Positions 26,562-32,000 of a stretch of DNA of 32,000 nucleotides are shown piece after piece. Under the pieces are notes generated by a model, which ran no database searches, was not told the DNA's origin, and saw only the letters and a program-made list of their open reading frames with translations. The DNA is from Methylorubrum extorquens (GTDB lineage: Bacteria > Pseudomonadota > Alphaproteobacteria > Rhizobiales > Beijerinckiaceae), in NCBI GenBank assembly GCA_900234795.1, contig LT962688.1:2370001-2402000 (forward strand), given 5' to 3'. A program made the position numbers and the translations under genes. Every line of letters begins with the position of its first letter. Position 1 is the stretch's first letter.

Positions 26562-26642
26562 GTTTGAAACTCCGGATTTGCTGTCACGTCGCCGTCCGGG
26601 TGCAACGCCCCGGCCGGCGATGGGTCGCGAACGGCCGAGCGA

Positions 26643-27662
26643 TCAGTGCGTGTTGAGGAATTCCAGCGTCAGCGTGTTGAACATCTCGGTCGCCTCCATG
26701 TGGACGAGGTGGCCGACATTGTTGAGGACCTCGGCCTTTCCGTTCGGCATCCGGCCGGCGAGCGCGCGGGCATGGCCCGTGTTGTCGCCCATGCTGGAGC
26801 GCATCTCCGTCGGCGCAAAACCCTTGCCGGGGGCGTTGTGGTCGTTCGCGCCCATGATGAACAGGGTCGGCGCCTTCACGAGCGGGATCTCGTGGACGAT
26901 CGGCTGGCCCCAGATCATCTGGTAGGAGTTCACGAACGACTTGAGCCAGCGCGGATACTCCCCCGAACCCTTTACCCGCTCGCGGATCGACACGAACGGC
27001 TCGATGGCCGAGGCGGGGATCGACAGCGCGTAGCTTGTCATCAGCTGCTTGCGGTAGGCGTCCGCGGTCAGATCGGCCTCGCGGGCGATCAGGGCCTCGT
27101 CGGAGACCGGCGGGACGGTGAAGCGGTAATCTTCCAGCCCGATCGGCGCTTCCAGCACGAGGCTGTTGACCCGCTGCGGATAGTTGCGGGCCATTCGCAC
27201 CGCGAGCATGCCGCCCATGGAATGCGCGACGATGTCGAACCGCTGGATCTTGAGGCTGTCGGCGAGCGCCAGGGTGTCGGCGGCCATCCGGTCGAAAGTG
27301 TAGGAGCCGATCGGTTTCGAGGACTTGCCGAAGCCGAGCTGATCGGGGACCACGACGCGGTAGCCCGCGTTCGACAGGGTGCGGATCACCGGCTCCCAGT
27401 AGCTCGACGGGAAATTGCGTCCGTGCAGCAGCAGCACCGTGCGTCCGTTGGCGTTGTCGGCGGCCGGCACATCCATGTAGGCGAGGCGCTGCGCCTCGCC
27501 GTCGCGGCTCAGCGGCAGGAAGCGCACCGGAAACGGATAGGCGAAGCCTTCGAGGCCGATGCCGAGCGGCGACGGCTCCTCGGCATGGGCGGCGGGCGCC
27601 AGCACCGGCGCGAGCGCGAGACAAAGCGCAAGGCAGGGCGCGAAAATCGGGTGGGAACGCAT
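26643..27662 (-). CDS. Secreted alpha/beta hydrolase
   Basis: This is the 3' 339 codons of track ORF 26643..29408, from ATG 27662. The signal peptide is MRSHPIFAPCLALCLALAPVLAPAAHA, followed by LLLHGRNF, the nucleophile elbow AHSMGG, and a C-terminal GHLVHME histidine. Confidence 0.8.
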   Translation of the reverse strand: MRSHPIFAPCLALCLALAPVLAPAAHAEEPSPLGIGLEGFAYPFPVRFLPLSRDGEAQRLAYMDVPAADNANGRTVLLLHGRNFPSSYWEPVIRTLSNAGYRVVVPDQLGFGKSSKPIGSYTFDRMAADTLALADSLKIQRFDIVAHSMGGMLAVRMARNYPQRVNSLVLEAPIGLEDYRFTVPPVSDEALIAREADLTADAYRKQLMTSYALSIPASAIEPFVSIRERVKGSGEYPRWLKSFVNSYQMIWGQPIVHEIPLVKAPTLFIMGANDHNAPGKGFAPTEMRSSMGDNTGHARALAGRMPNGKAEVLNNVGHLVHMEATEMFNTLTLEFLNTH

Positions 27663-27890
27663 GGACACTTCGTCTCCGGCTCGAGCATCGTCCCGAAAGG
27701 TGGTGGCCGGCTTTCGAAAACAGACGATGCAGATACAAGACGCCTGCGCATCGTCCCCGGCGCGGGGTCCGGGGGCGTTGCGCGAACGGCGCGGGCTCTG
27801 CCCCGGCGGCGCGCCGACAACGCGTAGCGAGGCCTCCGGTGAGAGACAGATAGGGCGGATCGCTCGCCTGCAAGCACCGGAAAATGGACG

Positions 27891-29270
27891 GTGACGGCTC
27901 AAAAGGCCGGAGTCGGGGGCGGCGACGGGCTGCCGCTGCGCGAGCGGCTCCTGGCGCTCTGCGCCATGGCGCTTGCCATCTCCATGGCGGTGCTCGACGG
28001 AGCGATCGTCAACGTCGCCCTGCCGGTGATCGCCCGTGACCTCGACGTGCCGGCCTCGGAGGCGATCTTCGTCGTCAGCGCCTACCAGATCGCGGTCACC
28101 GCCGCCCTGCTGCCGCTCGCCACGCTGGGCGAGATCTGGGGCTACCGCCGGGTCTATCTCGTGGGGCTTGCCGTCTTCACCGTCGCCTCGCTCGCCTGCG
28201 CGGTCTCGCCGAACCTGGCAAGCCTCACCGCCGCGCGGGTCGCCCAGGGGTTGGGTGCAGCCGGGATCATGAGCGTCAACATCGCTCTGGTGCGCTTCAT
28301 CTATCCGAGCCGGCTGATCGGGCGCGGCGTCGGCAACGTCGCGCTCATCGTGGCGGTGGCCTCCGCCTCCGGTCCGACGGTCGCTGCCGCGATCCTCTCG
28401 GTCGCCGCCTGGCCCTGGCTGTTCCTCGTCAACCTGCCCGTCGGGCTGTTGGCGCTGGCGGTGGGCGCGCGCACGTTGCCGCGAACGCCCCGCTCCGCCC
28501 GGCGCTTCGACCTGCGGAGCGCAAGCCTCAACGCCCTCACCGTCGGCCTGCTGATCGTCGGTCTCGACGCGTTCGCGGATCCGGACACCCGCGGGCTCGC
28601 CGTGGCCGCGATCACCGCCTCGGTTGCGGTCGGCATCGTGTTCGTACGGACCCAAATCCGGCTCGCGGCGCCGCTGCTGCCGCTCGACCTCCTGCGGATT
28701 CCGGCCTTCGCCCTGTCGATGGTGGCCTCGATCTGCTCCTTCGCGGCGCAGATGATCGCCTACGTCGCCCTGCCCTTCTACTTCCACGATGCCCTCGGCT
28801 TCTCGGAGACCCGAACCGGCTTCCTGATGACGCCGTGGCCGCTCGCCATCGCGGCGATGTCGCCCTTTGCCGGCCGGCTCGCTGACCGCGTCCCGCCGGG
28901 GCTGCTCGGCAGCCTCGGCCTCGTCCTGCTCGCCTTCGGCATGGCGGCGCTGGCCCTCCTGCCGGAGGCGCCGGCGACCTTCGACATCGTCTGGCGGCTG
29001 ACGCTGTCGGGGATCGGTTTCGGGTTGTTCCAGTCGCCCAACAACAAGGTCATCATCACCAGCGCGCCGCGGGAGCGCAGCGGCGGCGCCAGCGGCATGC
29101 AGGCAAGCGCCCGGCTCGTCGGCCAGTCCCTCGGCGCGGCTTGGGTCGCCGTGTTGTTCGGCCTCGTCCCCGGTGGTCCGGCGGGCGCCTTCGCCGTCAC
29201 GCTCTGGTGCGCCGTCGCCCTGGCGCTGGCGGGTGCCCTGGCGAGCGGCCTGCGGCGGACGGGACCCTGA
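27891..29270 (+). CDS. MFS transporter (drug:H+ antiporter, EmrB/DHA2-like)
   Basis: 459 aa with a GTG start. LALCAMALAISMAVLDGAIVNVALPVIARDL, RVAQGLGAAGIMSV and multiple TM segments run throughout. Confidence 0.9.
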   Translation: MTAQKAGVGGGDGLPLRERLLALCAMALAISMAVLDGAIVNVALPVIARDLDVPASEAIFVVSAYQIAVTAALLPLATLGEIWGYRRVYLVGLAVFTVASLACAVSPNLASLTAARVAQGLGAAGIMSVNIALVRFIYPSRLIGRGVGNVALIVAVASASGPTVAAAILSVAAWPWLFLVNLPVGLLALAVGARTLPRTPRSARRFDLRSASLNALTVGLLIVGLDAFADPDTRGLAVAAITASVAVGIVFVRTQIRLAAPLLPLDLLRIPAFALSMVASICSFAAQMIAYVALPFYFHDALGFSETRTGFLMTPWPLAIAAMSPFAGRLADRVPPGLLGSLGLVLLAFGMAALALLPEAPATFDIVWRLTLSGIGFGLFQSPNNKVIITSAPRERSGGASGMQASARLVGQSLGAAWVAVLFGLVPGGPAGAFAVTLWCAVALALAGALASGLRRTGP

Positions 29271-29349
29271 CCGCGCATCTTCGCTCAGCACCATGGCCCG
29301 GCTCGTGCGTTGACGCCGGGACAGGGACGGCCGCGGCCAACGGAGGCGA

Positions 29350-30144
29350 ATGATGGATATCGACCTGAAGGGGCGCAGCGCCCTCGTCCCCGGTTCCACC
29401 GGCGGCATCGGCTACGCGGTGGCCCGCGAACTCGCCCGGCTCGGCGCCTACGTCGCCGTCAACGGCCGCACCGGTGAGCGGGTGGAGGCGGCCATCGCGC
29501 GCCTGCGCGGCGAGGTGCCGGGGGCCGAGTTCATCGCCGGCATCGGCGATGTCGGCACCGAGGAGGGGGCGGGAGAACTCCTCGCCGCCCTGCCGCGGGT
29601 CGACATCCTGATCAACAACGCGGGGATCTTCGAGCCGAAGCCGTTCTTCGAGATCGCCGATGCCGAGTGGCGCCGCTTCTTCGAGATGAACGTGATGAGC
29701 GGTATCCGCCTCTCCCGCGCCTACGGTCCCGGCATGGTCGAGCGCGGCTGGGGACGGATCGTCTTCATCGCCAGCGAGTCGGGCGTCAACATCCCGCCCG
29801 AGATGGTCCATTACGGCGTGACGAAGACGGCGCAGCTCGCCATCTCCCGCGGTCTCGCCGAGACGGTGGGGGGCAGCGGCGTCACCGTCAACAGCGTGCT
29901 CCCCGGCCCGACCATGACCGAGGGCGTCGCGGATTTTCTCGAATCGATGGGCGGGGGCGAAGGCGATCTGGAGGCCAAGGGCCGCGCCTTCATCGCCGAG
30001 AACCGGCCGACCTCGCTCCTGAAGCGCCTCGCGCAGCCGGAGGAAGTGGCCAACATGGTCGCCTATCTCTGCACGCCCGCCGCGAGCGCCACCACGGGGG
30101 CGGCCCTGCGGGTCGATGGCGGCGTGCTGCGCGGCATCATCTGA
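29350..30144 (+). CDS. SDR-family oxidoreductase
   Basis: 264 aa. The cofactor motif is PGSTGGIGYAVA, followed by NNAG and the catalytic YGVTKTA (YxxxK). Confidence 0.9.
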   Translation: MMDIDLKGRSALVPGSTGGIGYAVARELARLGAYVAVNGRTGERVEAAIARLRGEVPGAEFIAGIGDVGTEEGAGELLAALPRVDILINNAGIFEPKPFFEIADAEWRRFFEMNVMSGIRLSRAYGPGMVERGWGRIVFIASESGVNIPPEMVHYGVTKTAQLAISRGLAETVGGSGVTVNSVLPGPTMTEGVADFLESMGGGEGDLEAKGRAFIAENRPTSLLKRLAQPEEVANMVAYLCTPAASATTGAALRVDGGVLRGII

Positions 30145-30232
30145 GGCTCACCGCTCCCGAGCCCACCGGACGTACGGGGCCGGCTGGACCGGCACCGTAC
30201 TCCGAGGGACGGCCCGCGAACGGTCCTTCAAA

Positions 30233-30565
30233 TCAGGACTTGAGGTGCGCGGCGAGGTGCTTGTTCATCTCGAACATCGAGCACTTGTCCTTGCCGAAGA
30301 TCTTCTTGAGCTTGTCGTCGGCGAGAATTTCGCGCTTGTTCTCCGGGTTCTGGAGATTGTGCTTCTTGATGTGCTCCCACACCTTGCTGACGACTTCGCC
30401 GCGCGGCAGGGGGTTGTCGCCAACGATGGCGGCGAGTTCGGGAGACGGCTTCAGGGGCTGCTGAAGCGCGTTGGGCTTGGTGCCGGAGGCGGCCTTCGTG
30501 GCGGTCTCCTTCTTCGGGGCACTCTTGGGCGCAGCCGCCTTCTTCTCCGTCGTCTTGGTAGCCAT
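30233..30565 (-). CDS. SWIB/MDM2-domain protein with a Lys/Ala/Pro-rich N-terminal tail
   Basis: ATG 30565 is preceded by GGAGGGA. The 110-aa protein has a tail, MATKTTEKKAAAPKSAPKKETATKAAS, then the SWIB core PSPELAAIVGDNPLPRGEVVSKVWEHIKKHNLQNPENKREILADDKLKKIFG. Confidence 0.85.
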   Translation of the reverse strand: MATKTTEKKAAAPKSAPKKETATKAASGTKPNALQQPLKPSPELAAIVGDNPLPRGEVVSKVWEHIKKHNLQNPENKREILADDKLKKIFGKDKCSMFEMNKHLAAHLKS

Positions 30566-30885
30566 GGTTTCCCTCCGTCCTGCGGACCGGCGATTCGTGA
30601 CACGAGGCCGAGCGGCATCGGGGCACTGAGGAGCAACAACTAAGCGGTGCCGCGCCCGTTCCAAGTGGAGAACAGCGCCGCCGTGGTGTCCATCCACAGA
30701 TCAGCGGACCTTTCCGCAGCTCAATCCACTGCCCGAGGGATTTTTTCGCGCTGACCGGGGCTGCTCCGGTGATCCCGCCGCACGTCTCGGTCGAGGCGGG
30801 AACCGTGTTTGCCGCCTCGCATTCAACCAAGACACCCGGATCACGGGCCTGTCGCGGGCCTGTCAGGGATATGCTGGAGACGTGG

Positions 30886-31326
30886 ATGCCGACGGATCTG
30901 CCCGAAGAGCGGGCCTTTCGTAAGCCGGGAACGCTGGAACTGGACCCGACCTCCGGCGAGGGGGTCGCGACCGACGAGACACCCCGGTTGATCGCTTCCG
31001 ACAAGGTCGAGGGCACCCCGGTCTATGACAGCACCGGGCGCCACCTCGGCAGCGTTTACAATTTTATGGTCGACAAGGTGTCGGGACAGGTCGCCTACGC
31101 CGTGCTGTCGTTCGGTGGCTTCCTCGGCTTTGGCGAGAACCACCACCCCCTGCCTTGGAACGCGCTGACCTACTCGGTCGAACTCGGCGGATACGTGGTC
31201 GATATCGACCCTGCCGATCTCGAAGGCGCGCCGACCCAGGGGCCCGGCGAAAACCCGTTCGACGATCCCGGTTTCGGCGGGCGCCTCAACGATCACTGGG
31301 GCGGCCGCAAGGCGCCGACCGCCTGA
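30886..31326 (+). CDS. PRC-barrel domain protein
   Basis: ATG 30886 lies 5 nt after GGAGA; ATG 30871 is an alternative. The core LIASDKVEGTPVYDSTGRHLGSVYNFMVDKVSGQVAYAVLSFGGFLGFGENHHPLPW is typical PRC barrel. Confidence 0.8.
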   Translation: MPTDLPEERAFRKPGTLELDPTSGEGVATDETPRLIASDKVEGTPVYDSTGRHLGSVYNFMVDKVSGQVAYAVLSFGGFLGFGENHHPLPWNALTYSVELGGYVVDIDPADLEGAPTQGPGENPFDDPGFGGRLNDHWGGRKAPTA

Positions 31327-31333
31327 GGCGGCG

Positions 31334-31358
31334 GCGCCTGTAATCCGAAGTCAGGCGC
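31334..31358. terminator. Hairpin between the convergent PRC-barrel and lipoprotein genes
   Basis: GCGCCTG (31334-31340) / CAGGCGC (31352-31358) form a 7-bp stem with an 11-nt loop. It lies between the stops at 31324-31326 (+) and 31362-31364 (-). Confidence 0.4.
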
Positions 31359-31361
31359 GGC

Positions 31362-31736
31362 TCAGAACTTGCCGCCGAGGCCGACACTGCCGCCTGCGCC
31401 CATCTGGGGGGCGAGACCGCCGGAGCTGGACCGCGACGTCGTCTCGCCGTCGATCTCCTCCCGGCGGATGCGGCGCGGGCCGTCATCGGCGGTGCGGGTG
31501 TCGCCGCGGAAGTTCTTCGGCAGCTCCAGGGCACGGGTCGGGGCGGCGGCGAGCGGACGGCCGTCATCGTCGGTCTGAGCACTGCGCAGGGGGCGGCCGG
31601 GCAGCGTGCCACGGGCGGAGGGCGGCGGGCCGAGATCGGTTTCCGGCATCACGCCGCCGCCGCCACCGAGCGCCTGGCAGCCGCCAAGGCTCGCCGCAAG
31701 AAGCGCCGCGGCGCAGAGTCTCGACGGGTCGAACAT
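31362..31736 (-). CDS. Putative lipoprotein, function unknown
   Basis: From ATG 31736: MFDPSRLCAAALLAASLGGC with lipobox L-G-G-C. The mature part is Gly/Pro/Arg-rich and low-complexity. No family is recognised. Confidence 0.55.
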   Translation of the reverse strand: MFDPSRLCAAALLAASLGGCQALGGGGGVMPETDLGPPPSARGTLPGRPLRSAQTDDDGRPLAAAPTRALELPKNFRGDTRTADDGPRRIRREEIDGETTSRSSSGGLAPQMGAGGSVGLGGKF

Positions 31737-32000
31737 GCAGTCTTGTCCTCGTACCGGCCGTTCCCGGCCACGGCTCGGCCTGGGGACGGCCAAGGGTCGG
31801 GAACGTTAAGATTTCCTGCATCCGTCTAAGGCAGGGTTTGGGCGAAAACCAGACGGCCGTCGCCCGTGTCCACCCGGTTCCGGCGGGACGGTCGAAGCGG
31901 CCGGGGCGGCGTTTCCGGCCCATCCACAACTTCGCCGTGGTTGCCGGGCATGGACGATGCGTCCGCCCGCCCCATGATGTCCGGGGAGCGCCGGCTCGCA

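Noticed and set aside
27663-29408. 5' extension of the 921-aa - strand ORF beyond the hydrolase start
   Set aside because: The upstream 580 codons are antisense to the MFS transporter and are Arg/Gly/Asp-rich. The hydrolase has its own ATG and signal peptide at 27662.
30798-30825. EcfG-type promoter (GGAAC) upstream of the PRC-barrel gene
   Set aside because: GGAAC is present, but no CGTT (or close variant) follows at a 16-17 nt spacing; the sequence reads CATT/ATTC instead.
31564-31929. 121-aa - strand ORF and short ORFs at the right edge of the window
   Set aside because: It overlaps the lipoprotein gene in another frame, has an Arg/Pro-rich composition and no motif. The last 70 nt are too short to call a partial gene.

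Overview
This is a high-GC (roughly 70%) alphaproteobacterial chromosomal segment. The gene content suggests a Methylobacterium/Hyphomicrobiales-type organism, but that is inference only. The content includes an Fae-like protein, a LOV histidine kinase, an MCP, a eukaryote-type NADP isocitrate dehydrogenase, and an NDUFS4-like protein next to tRNA-Pro. I can support 36 protein-coding features (one partial, one frame-broken) and one tRNA, plus several hairpins and inverted repeats in intergenic DNA. I saw no transposase, integrase, CRISPR array, rRNA or prophage hallmark, so most of the window is ordinary housekeeping or metabolic DNA. Modules worth a second look: (1) a co-directional SHOCT-protein / spore-photoproduct-lyase-family radical-SAM / CDA-fold deaminase cassette (21577-23977), whose function cannot be read from the sequence; (2) a LOV-domain hybrid histidine kinase apparently co-transcribed with a small basic protein (16955-18901); (3) the Lhr-type helicase + PdeM half of the ligase-associated DNA-damage set, without its ligase/exonuclease partners (269-3534); (4) a parDE toxin-antitoxin pair with a palindromic operator, sitting between trmJ and a divergent Fae paralogue; (5) three single-base frame disruptions within 1.6 kb, which break glcF and the 5' end of a metY-like gene and are either sequencing/assembly errors or real decay. 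Many long ORFs in the six-frame track are antisense shadow ORFs typical of GC3-rich genomes and were rejected. All family assignments come from motif recognition by eye; no database search was possible.
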